A stretch of DNA of 64,000 nucleotides from Malacoraja senta. Its lineage: Eukaryota. The notes below the pieces were generated by a model that saw only the letters and a program-made list of their open reading frames with translations, was not told the DNA's origin and ran no database searches. Made by a program: the position numbers and the translations under genes. Position 1 is the stretch's first letter; every line of letters begins with the position of its first letter. Below, one piece after another: positions 50,410-63,720 of the stretch. The DNA is taken from the NCBI GenBank assembly GCA_038087875.1, contig JAXLNO010004798.1, positions 1 through 64,000 of the forward strand, written 5' to 3'.

Positions 50410-51230
50410 TTGGTCGGTTGAGGGCGCTGCGAGTCGGCTGCCCTGCCAGAAGCGTGTTCGTTATTTCGACTTTTTTTGTTTTTGTAGTATGTCCAAATTA
50501 TTGTTTTAGTGTCTCTCGGTATGTCTTATGTGGGGGGTGGTGGGGGAGATAAGGGGGAAACCGTTTTTCAGTCACTTCCTTGACGGAGAGGCAACTCTTT
50601 CCATGTCACTTCTCCGCCTCCCCTCTCGCGGCCTAACAGCTGAAATTGGAGCGGCCTTTCCCGGAGTCGGGCCCAGAGCTTCAGCAGCGGGCGCAGCGTG
50701 GACTTTTCCATCGCGGAGCGAAACCCTTGCCGGGGGTCGCCAGAAAGGAGTGCTCCGATCGCTGGCCTGGTGACTTTGGCATCAGGGGCTGTGGTCTGCG
50801 GAGCTTCTAGCCGCGGGCGTGGCGTGGACTTACCATCCGCAGACTGGGATCCCTTGCCGGGCATCGCCGAAGAAGAGCTTCGACCGCCTGCCTGCGGCTT
50901 ATAACATCTTGAAGCCGCGGAGTGTGTTCGACCGTCCAGACGTCGGAGTTTCGATCATCCCAATGAGAGGGCCTATACATCTGGCCATCCGTAGCGGCGA
51001 CTACGGAGGGTTCATGGACCCGACCACGGGTGAACAAAGGAGGAGAGGACTGACTGAACTTTGGTGTATGTTTATGTTAAATTCTATTGTGTATTGTGTG
51101 TTCTTTTTTCAATTGTATCGCTGCGTGACAAATTCATTTCACTGTACCTTAGTTGGTGCATATGACGAATAAATTTGTATTGTATTGTATTGTATTGTAA
51201 TAAATTTGTATTGTATTGTATTTCTATTGT
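50410..51230 (+). mobile_element. Non-autonomous GC-rich retroposon with (TATTG)n tail, similar in architecture to 42953-43802
   Basis: GC-rich head, T-run, G-run, CpG-rich body, then tttcactgtacct..gacgaataaa and a microsatellite tail; interrupts an old minus-strand CR1. Confidence 0.65.
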
Positions 51231-52910
51231 TCTTCCTGAATAAAGTTACTCTGTCCTCCGTGAATCTGCATGTTTCCTGCAGAGATGTAAAAATGTCTGC
51301 CGTGCCTCGGCAATCTCCTCCTTTGTCTCCCATAGCACCCTGATATATTCCTCCTTAAGCCCTAACGATCTATCCACTTTTATGCTTGCTAAACATTTTA
51401 ATATCCTTTTTTTAAGGATACGAATTTCATTTCATATTCATTTCAATTCCCCATTACAACTTTCCTCTGCTGAGTAAATGAAGATGAAAAATATTAATTA
51501 ATAAACTCATCTCCATCCATTGACTCCAAGTACCAATTCTCCCTCATGGAACTGATTCTTTATTTTCATTTGCGGACCCGTATGTCCTTCAAGTACTTAT
51601 AAATGCATTTTAATTATTTTGAATCTTTTCAGCCAGTTATATTTCTTGTTCCCTCTTTGCCTTTCTAAATTATTTTTAATACACTGACGCTAACTTTAAA
51701 CTCCACAACCAAGGCTCTCACTGCCTGTCACTTACACGAACGCATATTGTAGCGTTTCTGAAGGGCTATCCCAATTTTTAGCTCTCTATACTTCTCGTAC
51801 ACTTCATCGTTTATCATCATCCATTCCACGACATCCCTTGAATTGTGGATTCCTTGCACTACCTGCATTTATCTTTCTCCCTCGTGGATACACTGTGGCC
51901 CTGAAATCTCATTATTTCGCTTTTGTATGACTCCCACCTGTCGGATATAAATGTACCTGAAAGTAACTGCTCCACGTCTATTTTTGCCAGGTCCTATCAT
52001 GTAATATTGAAATCGGTCTCACCCAATTCAAGCTCTCAATAACCAAACCATTCCTATCTATTTCCAAGACTATCTTGAAACTTACACTATCAACAATGCC
52101 TATTCATACTGGTACAACTTGGTTGGTTACATTCCCTAAGATAAGTTTCAGTATTGCCTTTTGTCTGGTTGGGTCATCTACATAATTGCTCAAAAGGATC
52201 TCCTGGAAACAGATGAAAAACAGACTTTCTATATTCGTTCCATAGTAAAATGATCCCGTTTGATACTAGGAAAATGTTATAACCATATCATCGTTAAATC
52301 TCCGTTTCACTGTATCCAACTGACTGTAATGTGACCCGCACTGTTTTGCCAACACAGCGAGTTTTATTCTCTCTAACCTCTGCACATGTGGTCTCATTGG
52401 AAGAGCCTTCTACTATGTTGTTCTTCCATACCATGGTAATAGGCGCACGAAACACACCTTAATCGATACCCTGAAATGTTGAATTACTACCCCCGCTTAT
52501 TTTTTCAACCCTACCTCTATGATAGGTAACTTATTTCGGTGTGCTAATCAATGCTCAATATTATTGTGCCTCACATTCTTGTCTTCGACCCTTGAATTAA
52601 AATTGATGCAATTTTACCATCTTTCCTTTATTGTGAATTATCACGCCAGGTCTACACTACCACTGGAATGACTTAACTTATCTTCTATATTTGACTGAAC
52701 ACGCCCCCGATCCAAACACTAGGTTTCCAATTAGTTTTGCCAAATTAGTTTAAATCATTCCCAACAGCACTAACTAATAAGCCTTTCCGCAATTAAGCTA
52801 GTTCATTCTGGTGCCATTTCCATCCCAACTTCTCTGCAACTTGCTCCCTACATTAATGCAGCAGGGCCTTATCCTGCTATTTACCCACTCTGTTCCAAAA
52901 TAGCGACTCT

Positions 52911-53157
52911 GTGGTGTGCTCGGCGCAACACTGAGCAGTTAACGGTAAAGCATATCTTATTGCACATCGAACATAATTGGTGAAATGCATCTTTGCTTTG
53001 AATGCAATTAGTGACATTGATTAATTCAGGGACAGTGTCTGAATTAATCAATGTCACTAATTGCATTCAAAGGAAAGATGCATTTCACTAATCATGTTCG
53101 ATGTACAATATGATATGCTTGACCGTTAACTGCTCATTGTTGCGCCGAGCACACCAC
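52911..53157. repeat. 247-bp near-perfect palindrome (119-bp arms, 9-nt spacer)
   Basis: 52911-53029 is the reverse complement of 53039-53157 with about 7 mismatches. Confidence 0.95.
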
Positions 53158-53403
53158 TTAAATAAAACTTTTCATTGTACCTCTGTACACGTGATAATAA
53201 TAAACTAAACTCAACAGTGGCCTTTTTTCATATTTGATGCGCGAACTTTTCTTTTAAAATGCATAGGGAACATTTGTTCAAACGTTCATTCCGCAATCGA
53301 CGGCTAAAGTCTGATTACTTAAATTTACGTCCAGAAGCTTTGTTACTACAGTACATGGATATTTCAAAAGTCAGTTGCAGTATGTGGACGTTGCAGCATT
53401 CAC

Positions 53404-55855
53404 CTCGTGAAATTCAGTGATATTCCTGCCCGTGAAGATTGATGTCTTTCCATGTTCAGTTGTGACATATGAGGCAGTCTTGGTATTAGTCAGGGGTTCG
53501 GGCATACCTTGTAATTTTACCACATGAAATCGTTTATTGTTGATTCTTTGCCAATATCACCTGGCAATACTTGTGGAAGAATCTTATTGTCGTACATCTT
53601 GGTGTAATTGGGCGGTAATTGAATATTTACACTAGCCTTTTGAACTCCAATTGCTGTATCTCCTCGAAAGAAAATCCGTGTTCCAACAGCAACAGTATCC
53701 TTCTTGATCTGTGCACCTTAATACCGAGAACTGCAATAGCCAAAAGAAGTAGCAAGGACGTTGCGCCAACGGTAACAGTTAAATAGACTTTTAAGTCATA
53801 TTCCATATGCCAGAGGTCCCCCATCATGCAAATATTAGATGCATTTTCTACACTGTCATCCTGCACTAATACGTTGATGGTAACTGTGAATGAGAGTGAT
53901 GGCGTGACCTTGTCCTTTACCATAATTACGATTTTTTGAGAGAAAATATCTTTATGCAGAAGACGGCGAATTGTCCAAATTTCCCCCGTTTCCGCAGCCA
54001 ACGTAAACAGACTTCCATCAGAGGGATGATGTATGTGATAGGATAGTTGTGCATTTAAACCAGAATCTGCATCTGTTGCGGTAACTTCTGCCACCAAGTA
54101 ACCCGAGTGTGCTGATCTTGGGATTGTTTCTTCTACTATGGCAGCTTTAGTTGGCAGAGGTGAGACTATTACCGAGGCATTATCATTCTGGTCTACGATA
54201 ATGATATTCACTGTCACATTACTACTGAGTGGTGGCGATCCAGCATTCCTAACTTGCACTTGGAACTAAAATGATTTAATTTCTTCAAAATCAAAGGATC
54301 GTCGTGCAAACACCACCCCATTTACTGGGTTTATCGAGACGAGTGAGGCACAAACAAACCATGCACAAGCACATCTAAAACCGAGTCGGATAACTGGGCA
54401 TTTTCATCAGCATCTGGATCAAAGGCTGGAACAGTAGTAATAGAATCGCCAATTATATTATTTTCTTTCACATATAAGGCGAATGACGGTTGCGTAAAAC
54501 GTGGCTCGTTGTCATTTGTATCCGAGACGTGAACGCTGATGGTTTTCTTTGTCAAGAGCGGCGGGGAGCCCCGATCTGTACAAATAATAGTAATGTTGTA
54601 CTCAGGCGTCTTCTCCCGATCTATATCGCCGTCAATGACTAAAGTGTAGTAATCGTTAGATGAGTTATTCAACTTAAAGGGTAACTCAGTTGCGATCCAA
54701 CAATAAACCTCTGCTTCCTTTCGAGAATCCCGGTCGGGAACTTTGAAAAATGCTACCGCAGTGCCTGATGAAGTGTGTTCTGTGCTAATGCTCGGAGTTG
54801 AGGTTATTGTTATTTGGGGACTGTTATCATTAGCATCGGTACTCTCTAACAAAATGTTACAGTATTCTGATACTAACAATGTGTACCCTTGTCTCTCGCC
54901 TGAACTAAAATGTGATAATTTTCTGCTTCTTCGATGTCCACGACACCGATTACCCTGATTTCCCCGCTTGTTGAATCCAAACTAAATAAATCGCGCACCT
55001 TATCAGGAGTGTGATCGCTAAACGAGTAGGTTACCGCTCCGTTTAGGCCTTCATCCAAATCATTGGCTGTTAATTTCGCAATCACGGTATCTTTTCCCAC
55101 GTTCTCTGGTGCTGTGACTTCATAGATGTTCTGTTCGCCGACCGGAGCATTGTCGTTCACATCGAGCACAGTGATTATAATCTGGGCAGTTCCCATGATT
55201 CTCCGGCTCCCTCTGTCAAATGCTATCAGTGTTAGGCGGTGAGTTGTTTGCTGTTCTCGGTTTAAAGGTTGTTCCGGTATCAATTCTGGGGTGTCCGTTT
55301 TTTGGTCTTCTGACTGCAATTTCAAAGTGAATTGTTCGCTCGGGCTCAGCTTGTAGGATTGAATGCTGTTGCTTCCAGTGTCCCCGTCCTGCGCGCTGGG
55401 AAGTGGGAATGTTGCTCTGACTGGCGTCAATTCTGACATTGCAATACTAACTTCCCTCCTCTGGAACACGGGTGAATTGTCATTGATATCAAGAATTGTA
55501 ATTTCTAAACGATAGAGCTTCAGCGGATTCTCGATTACACCCTCCAGTTTAAGCACACATGAAATGCTTTGTTCGCACAGCTCTTCCCTGTCTATCTTTT
55601 CTTTTACATACAATTTTCCGTCGTTTAAATTTACACCGATATATTGTTTTTGAAACTCAGATGATATCCGAAACTGACGCGCCAATAACTTTCACATTTA
55701 TGTCTGCATCCGTTGCAATATTTCCAATAAAAGCGCCGTTCCATTTCTTCAGGAATTGCATAGCGAGTAGTCTTGCAAACTGAAACAGTCAAATACACGA
55801 ATACCCAGAAAATAACCTGGCATTGCGACAATAAAGTACTTCTCGTGGAGGCCAT
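53404..55855 (-). pseudogene. Clustered protocadherin variable pseudo-exon 4
   Basis: Pcdh sequence split over ORFs 55631-55855, 54873-55685, 54331-54879 and 53627-54259 by several frameshifts; in-frame TAG at 54268-54266 (KSF*FQVQV); donor GAG|GTGAAT retained at 53404. Confidence 0.9.
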
Positions 55856-56049
55856 TCCGGTGGAAAAAGCTACAAATACAGCTGTTCTTTACATTCAAGC
55901 ATATCTGTACATTACCGTGTTGGTCGAGATAAAACGCTGCACCTTCTGTGCGAGCGCCAGGTTTTTTTTGCACAAATAAACAGACGTTTCACAGCTTTTG
56001 GTAAAAAGCTAACAAAGAGCTGGAGCTGCTAAGTGTTCCTCCATTTTGC

Positions 56050-56185
56050 GACACTGCGCAATGCCGGTGTTGGGGGAGTGCTGCCAGATCTCCAGCCGCA
56101 TATCTTCACCTCATTGGTAGACAGCGTCACAAAGGGACCAGCCAATAATAGCATCACACAATCTTAAAACAACAGCGCCCCTACA
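56050..56185 (-). promoter_or_regulatory. Promoter module of pseudo-exon 4 with a CGCT-box/CTCF-like site
   Basis: TGCGCA 56055, ATTGG 56113, CCAAT 56142; minus-strand TAGGGGCGCTGTTGTTTTAAG at 56163-56183. Confidence 0.65.
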
Positions 56186-56285
56186 TATTACGAAATAACT
56201 TGCTCGCCGAATGTATGCTGTGCAACCTTAAGGCACATTCCACTCCACTGCTTTGCATGTGACCTAATTCGCGTCCTTATTAGTG

Positions 56286-56923
56286 GGGGGTTACCATCGA
56301 CTCCACAGTCAAAAAGGCACAACAGAGGATGTACTTCCTGCTGCAGCTGAGGAAGCACAATCTGCCACAGGCAATGATAGTCCAATTCTATACGGCCATC
56401 GTAGAGTCTGTCCTCGCCTTCTCCATCATGGTCTGGTTTGGCTCAGCCACGAAGCACGACATCCGGAGGCTGCAGCGAATCGTCCGATCAGCTGAGAAGG
56501 TTATTGGCTGCAACCTTCCCTCCATTGACGAACTGTACACTGCAAGGGCCAGGAAGTGAACGGGTAGGATCATCTCTGACCCCTCTCACCCGGGCCACAA
56601 ACTCTTTGAATCACTTTCCTCTGGAAGGCGAATCCAGACTGTCAAAGCTGCCACAGCCTGACATAAAAACAGCTTTTTTCCACGAGTAGCTCTACTCAAT
56701 AACCAAAAGCCTTCTTTACTCTGGTATTTTAATTAATGCACATGTTTAATCAATAATGTTTTATTATTCATGTTTAATGTTTAATGTTTATGTATCATTC
56801 CTAACTGTCACTGTATGTCATGTTGTCACTTGCGGGCGGAGCACCAAGTCAATTTCCTTGTATGTGAATACTTGCCCAATAAACTTATTCATTCATTCAT
56901 TCATTCATTCGTTCATTCATTCA
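56286..56923 (+). mobile_element. Rex1/Babar-like LINE 3' fragment with a 9-bp TSD
   Basis: KKAQQRMYFLLQLRKHNLPQAMIVQFYTAIVES..VWFG; (ATTC)n tail; TSD ttattagtg at 56277-56285 and 56924-56932. Confidence 0.85.
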
Positions 56924-57297
56924 TTATTAGTGTGCAAGTTAACTACGATTATGTCATATATTGTTACACCATTTGGCTAATGAAATAATACTTTAGTTAC
57001 ACCTTAGGAACCACGAAAGAAATTGGATGATATCATTCAGTTGCCTTCCTTTGGAAGATGGTTTGGGAGCCCACTGGATACACTGGAATAGATGTGTTTT
57101 GTGATAATTACTGATCCTTGCCATTCAGAAGTACCAACATGTTAATAATTGAATATTTTACTTAGGCCAATGATTCCTACTTTCCTCGCCATGAAAATTT
57201 GACCAATATTAAACATGACATCGTTTCAACGAGAGGGTCAAGTGCCATTGCAGAAGGAGAAAATTATGATGGGCGGAGAATAAATACCAGCATGTCT

Positions 57298-57425
57298 NNN
57301 NNNNNNNNNNNNNNNNNNNNNNNNNNNNNNNNNNNNNNNNNNNNNNNNNNNNNNNNNNNNNNNNNNNNNNNNNNNNNNNNNNNNNNNNNNNNNNNNNNNN
57401 NNNNNNNNNNNNNNNNNNNNNNNNN
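57298..57425. other. Assembly gap (N run)
   Basis: Run of n. Confidence 1.
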
Positions 57426-57629
57426 ATGTTAATGTTAACTGAAATTTGAGACAAAAAATAATGGATATTTGCTTCAGTGACTCAAGAGAACCAAAGGCAA
57501 CTCTGTGAAAAGGCAAATGTGCAGCATTTGGCGCCTTTCTGAATTCTAGGAATACTTCTAAGTCCTTCGCAACCATTCTCCAACGTATGTCACTCTCATT
57601 CTGCCTGTAACACGTTTCATAACTTCATA

Positions 57630-58420
57630 CGGTCTGAGAGCAGAATTAGGCCATTCCGCCCATCAAGTCCACTCCGCTATTCAATCGTGGCTGATCTATG
57701 CTTCTCTTTCAAACCTATTCTCCTGCCTTCTCCCCATAACCCCTGATACCCGTACTAAACAAGATTATCTCAATCACCGCCTCAAATCACGGCTGACCTG
57801 GCCTCAACAGCCGTCTGTGGCAACGCATTCCACAGATTCACCACCCTCCGACTAAAGCATATAGAAAGCATTACTCATTTCGACGTTCTGTCAGAAAATA
57901 ACATTCCTCCTTCGTTACTCTCTATCTTCTATTGGAAGCTATGTTCGGTTGAATTTACCAAGTCATCGCCGCAACCATAGAACATAGAGCATCACCGTGC
58001 AGCACAAGAACAGGCTCCGCAGCCCACAAACTCTGTGCCGAACATGACGCCAAAAACATCTCTTATCTATCTGCGCATAATCCATATATCTCCATTCCCT
58101 CCATATCTATATGCCTATCCAAAAGCCTCTTGAATGCCACTATCATATGTGCCTCAACGACCAACCATTGCAGCGTATTCCAGGCATTCACCATGCTCTG
58201 TGCCAAACAATTTGCCCCGCACATCTCTTTTAAACCATGTCCCTCAGACCTTAATGCAATGCCCTCGTATTCGATTTTTTTCCATCCTGGAAAAAAGGTT
58301 CTGACTATCTCACTTATCTATGCCTCTTATCATATTAAATATTTCTATCAGGTCTCTCCAAAACCCCCAGCATTCAATAGAAAACAACCCAACTCTGTCC
58401 AATCTCATCCTGTAGCTTAT
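57630..58420 (-). mobile_element. Two CR1 3'-end fragments
   Basis: gccgtctgtggcaacgcattccacagattcaccaccctc at ~57810, and a catagaac tail plus ttccaggcattcaccatgctctg at 57975-58200. Confidence 0.6.
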
Positions 58421-58510
58421 ACATGAATGCGTAAATATAGACGGATTGGTTAGGGAGTTTGCAGATAACACCAATATTGCTGGTGTCGCGGTCTGTGAGG
58501 AAAGCTGTCA

Positions 58511-58655
58511 NNNNNNNNNNNNNNNNNNNNNNNNNNNNNNNNNNNNNNNNNNNNNNNNNNNNNNNNNNNNNNNNNNNNNNNNNNNNNNNNNNNNNNNNNN
58601 NNNNNNNNNNNNNNNNNNNNNNNNNNNNNNNNNNNNNNNNNNNNNNNNNNNNNNN
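58511..58655. other. Assembly gap (N run)
   Basis: Run of n. Confidence 1.
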
Positions 58656-59194
58656 TACCACGGCGGCTCTTGCTCCTAATATACACTTAAAATTCCATAT
58701 TTTTCTTAATCGAACCTCACAAGGACATGTCATATCATGTTTTCATGTCATGCCATGACATGTCCTCCCAAGGACATGTCATCTATAGAGAACCCAAACG
58801 AGAAGAGTGAAAGAGCCTCCAAATATTTGAGATACGTGTGCGAACTGCATGGTGGGCGACCAAAATGATTATGACAGCATGCCAAAGGAAGCCTTTCAAA
58901 TGAGTGCGAGGACATAACAATAATCTATTTATGGAATATAATGTGTTGACTCTGTTCGCGGTGGCAATGGCTGTTCGCCGTGGCGAGAATGAAATGTCCA
59001 GAACCGCATGATATCTGACCGGTGTCAGCATTCGCAATAGTAATCGGTATTGGACGGGGAATTACAAAGGAAATTGAAAATATTATTCTTGTTTTCTGTA
59101 AGGGTCGGTGACTTAGCCAAAATGCAGAAAGTGCCACTGCATAGCCAATGTATGGAGTCAGGCCTCAAATTAATGAGTAGAACCAAGGTTATGA

Positions 59195-61495
59195 GTCAAG
59201 ATTATATATCCTATTGGAAAGACAAATAGGCGGGCAGAAGGGATGGGGTAATTCTGCTGGTAAGGAATGAAATTCGGTCTTTAGCAAGGGATGACATAGT
59301 ATCAGAAGATGTAGAGTCATTGTGGATAAAGCTGAGAAATTGCACGGGCAAAAATACCCTAATGGGAGTTGTTTACAAGTCCCCAAACAGTAGCCAGGAT
59401 ATAAAGTACAAGTTATTTCAAAATGCTGGTAGACCGGGTAAATTAGGTTGGTACTGGACTCCAAGAACGGGAATTTGTAGAGTGCTTCCGAGATGGTTTC
59501 TTGGAGCAGCTTTTTGTGGAGCCAACCAGGGAAAATGCATTTCTGGATTTAGTGTTGTGTAATGAACTGGATTTGATAAGGGAACTCAAAGTAAACTAAC
59601 CACTAGGAGATAACGACCACAATATAATAAGATTATTCAGTTATATAAATAGTGATAAGGAGACAAGAGTGAACGTTGGACCGTTGGAAATGATGCAGGA
59701 GAAGTGATAATGGGGAATAAAGAAATGGCAGAGGAATTGAATAACTTTTTTGCATCAGAGTAAGACAATACCAATGTGCCTGAAATTCAAGACAGTCAGG
59801 GGGTGGAAGTTGGTGGAGTGGCTATTACTAAGGTGAAGATGCTTGGGAAGCTGAAAATGTTGAAGGGGGTGTGAACTGGACCGGATGGACTGCACCTTAA
59901 GTTTCAGAAAGAGATGGCAGTGATACCAGATGATTGAAAAATTGCCCATATTACCCCGCTGTACAAGAAGGGAGCATAGCCTAATAGTGGAAACTATAGT
60001 GCATAAGAAGGAACTGCAGATGCTGATTTAAACTGAAGATAGACATAAAAAGCTGGGGTAACTCAGCGGGACAGGCAACATCTCTGGATACAAGGATTGG
60101 GTGACGTTTCTGAGGCCTGTTAGTCTGGCTTCAAGATTTTAGAGTGCATTATAAAGGATGAGTTTACAGAATATTTTGAAGTTCATGATAAAATAGGCCA
60201 AAGTCAGCATGGTTTTATGAAGGGGAGATCTTGCCTGATAAATCTGCTGGAATTATTTGAAGAAGGAAATAGCAGGACAGACAAAGGACATTCAGTGGAT
60301 GTTGTTTACCTAGATTTTCAGAAAGCCTTTGATAAAATGCCACATGTGAGGCTGCTAAGGAAGATGAGAGCCCATTGTATCAAAGGGCAGATACTAGCAT
60401 GGATAGCAGGTTGGTTGGAAGGCAGAAGGCAGAGTGGCAATAAATTGAGCTTTTTCTACTTGGCTGCCAGTGATTAGTGGTGTTCCACTGGGGTCGGTGC
60501 TGGGGCCGCTACTCTTCACGTTGTATATTATTGATTTAGATGAGGGGTTTGAAGGATTTGTGGCCAAGTTTGCAGATTATGCGAAAATAGGTGGAAGGTC
60601 GGGTAGTGCAGCAAAAGCAGGACACTCTGCAGAAGGACTTGAACAGCTTGGAAGACTGAACAAAGAAGGGCAGATGCAATATAGTGTAGCAAAGTGTGGA
60701 GTCATGCATTTTGGTAGCAGGAATAAAGGCATAGACTATTTCCTAAATGGGGAGAGAATCCGTAAATCGGAGGTGCAAAGGGTCTTGGCAGAGCTGGAGC
60801 AAGATTCCGAAACAGTTAACTTGCAAGTTGAAACGGGAGTAAGGAAGGTAAACGCAATGCTGGCATTTATTTTAAGAGGGCTAGAATAAAAAAACAGGGA
60901 TGTAATGGTGAGGCACTAAAATACGCTGTTCAGGCCGCATTTGGGGTATTGTGAGCAATTTTGGGCACCAAACCTGAGGGAGGATGTCCTGGCTCTGGAG
61001 AGGGTCCAGAGGATGTTTACAACAATGATCCCAAAAATGTGGGTTAACATATAATTAACATTTGACGGCACTGGGCCTGTACTCGCTGGGGTTTAGAAGG
61101 ATGAGGGGAGGACCTCCTTGAAATTTACCGAATGGTGAAAGGCTTGGATAGAGTGGAAGTGGAGAGGATGTTTCTATTAGTGGCAGAGTCCAGGGATCAT
61201 AACCTCATAATTAAAGGGCGGTCCTTTGGGAAGGAGATGAGGAGGAATTTCTTTAATCAGAGGACGCTGAATATGTTGAATTCTTTGCCACAGAAGGATC
61301 TGGAGGTCAAGTAAATTGATAAGTTTAATGCAGAGATAGATAGATTCTAATTTTAGTACGGGTGTCAGGGGTTATGAGGAGAAAGCCGGAGAATAGAGTT
61401 AGGAGGGAGAGATAGATCAGCCATGATTGAATGGCGGAGTAGAATTGATGGGCCGATTGGCCTAATTCTGCACTTATCACTAATGACCTTATGAA
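59195..61495 (+). mobile_element. Degraded CR1 LINE ORF2 with a short Penelope-like insert at ~60005-60110
   Basis: WIKLRN..GVVYKSPN (EN); MKGRSCLINL, VDVVYLDFQKAFD, SGVPLGSVLGP and KFAD (RT); 3' tail near 61480. Confidence 0.85.
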
Positions 61496-63720
61496 TCTCA
61501 AGGGAAATAATTTCGGGATTAGAATCTGAGCCACGATTTTTGTTGCCACGGGGCCAATAACGATTAGCTTAAATAAATGCATGGATAAAAATAATCGACG
61601 GCTAGAGGCAGGTTCTGATTCTTAGAATATTTCCGCTATAATTTTGAAAATCGGGAGTTAATCCACTGAGATGTTCTAACGTTGAAACACTTTACGAACA
61701 ATTTTCAATAGTGTTGCCTGTGTGGAAAGTACAAGATAGTTGGCACGGGATTCTCGTAGGATCATGCAGTACAAGAACAGGAGAAAATAGCAACAGGAGT
61801 AGGTGTTCGGCCATACCAGCTTGCCCCGACATTCAATATACAGGTACCGCTGCTATAATAGGATTGTGCAGGATAGATTTCCAAGGTAGATTTGTTTTCT
61901 GCTTATCAATTTCAAGATAGCTCGTAAATGGTTCTCCATTTTACGATCGTTTTATAACCCATTTGTCCGTGTAAAACATAAAGTACTTCCTAATTCTCCA
62001 ATAGCGTTGTATCTAATTCGTGTTATGGAAATACGCGTTGTGACAGAACTGCGTGTAATGATAGCGATACAAGAAACTGCTGATGCTGGAATTTGTATCT
62101 GTAATCATAGCTGATCTCTGCTGACCTCGGCTGACTAAATACTTGATTGCGGGGTACCAGGTACATTTGAATAGATAATGTTGGCTGAGTTACTGCAGAT
62201 TGTCGAAGAAACCAAATTGGCCGTGATTAAAGTGGGTTCGGTGGTTGTACTATGCTTAGATTCCCAAAAGGTGCTAATATGAGGCGACATCAAAAGTTAT
62301 TGCAGATAATAAAAGCTTGTGATATAATATGTAACATATTCGCATGGATGGAAGATAAGAGACGTATCTCTGCTATATATATCCATACTTCAATGACAAA
62401 GCATTTGATTATTAACTCACTTTGTGGGCGGTTGCGGTTCAACTCAGACTGTGTGTGGCTTCAGTCAAGACCACTAATTCTTTGAATGAACCGGGTGATT
62501 TTATTGTTATTCTATGATTCTAAAAAATCTTTGGGCGTATGGAAATGGAAATGCTGGAGCAGAGTTGAGCGCAACTGAATGGGAGGCCTTTCCAACTATC
62601 TCAGTTACACCTCATATATTTTCTTCGCTATTTTTCCAAAGTTACTTGAACCTGAGAAAATATGTTTCGAATTGGAACTGCACCCACCACCTCAACTCGT
62701 TTTAGAGATCCATGAGTACAATTGAATCATATCCCCACGTGACGTTTTGTCATTACATGTAACCTGCCCACTCCTACCCACTATTATTCGCGTTCATAAC
62801 CTGTGAAATCCAACTTGGACCTGTGCGTATCTGTCATGGTCCTAAATATACAGTATTGTACTGTTTCCAATGTTATCAGATGTCTGTACTCCGATTATCC
62901 TTAGGTGGCGGACTCCTGCCTTCTTCCATTGCGTCAGTCTAGTCCGCAGAGATAACTAACTTGTGTATAATACTATTCCTTCATCTACATTTTAATTTGG
63001 CAGCCAGTAAATTACCCGTGGGCTGAATATCATCTAGACATTAGACCGTTCATTTAATTCAATGTACTTTGCTCTTATTAGTAGGTAACAATATTGCAAA
63101 GATGTTTTTGAATCATAGGGTCGTAATGAAATCACCAGGGGTTTATTCAACAGTTTACTGGTCTTGACTGAGATCTCACGGCTATGTTCACGCCATAGTC
63201 TGACATGAGCCAGAAGCGCATCAAATGTGAAATAAGAACCAAATGCTTCATACAGAAGCATAGAACAGCAGAGCACAGGCATGGCCCATAGTGACAGCGA
63301 GCGGCCTAAACTTCCAAAGCGGACGTCCAGCCCCTACGTTTATTTTCCTGTCCACCTAGTCTGCTAAATTCTGCACCAGGCTATGGGTACGTTGCATTTC
63401 AATGTTAAACATTTTGTCAAATATATGGCGATTAGTTTGATTGCGTAAAGACAGTTGATGTCATGTCTTAAATTATATTTAGAAAGTTAATAATCTGTTG
63501 AATTTAGGAATTCCTCCACTTTAATCAGCACGTTTACACGGCATACTCTATTTTTCCTTTAACCTTGGTTTAGTGTAATTGAAGACATTTTCACATGCTC
63601 ATTTTAGGATATGCAAGTTTCTCCTGGATTACAGGTCCAGGGCGTTAATTGTTGCATTATGATACACATTAAAGTACTTGATGAACGTTACACGTTTAAG
63701 CGCATGTTAATAGAATTTAC

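Noticed and set aside
62895-62912. CTCF-like TCCTTAGGTGGCG in the intron after exon 5
   Set aside because: A single partial match with no counterpart near other exons; expected by chance in 64 kb.
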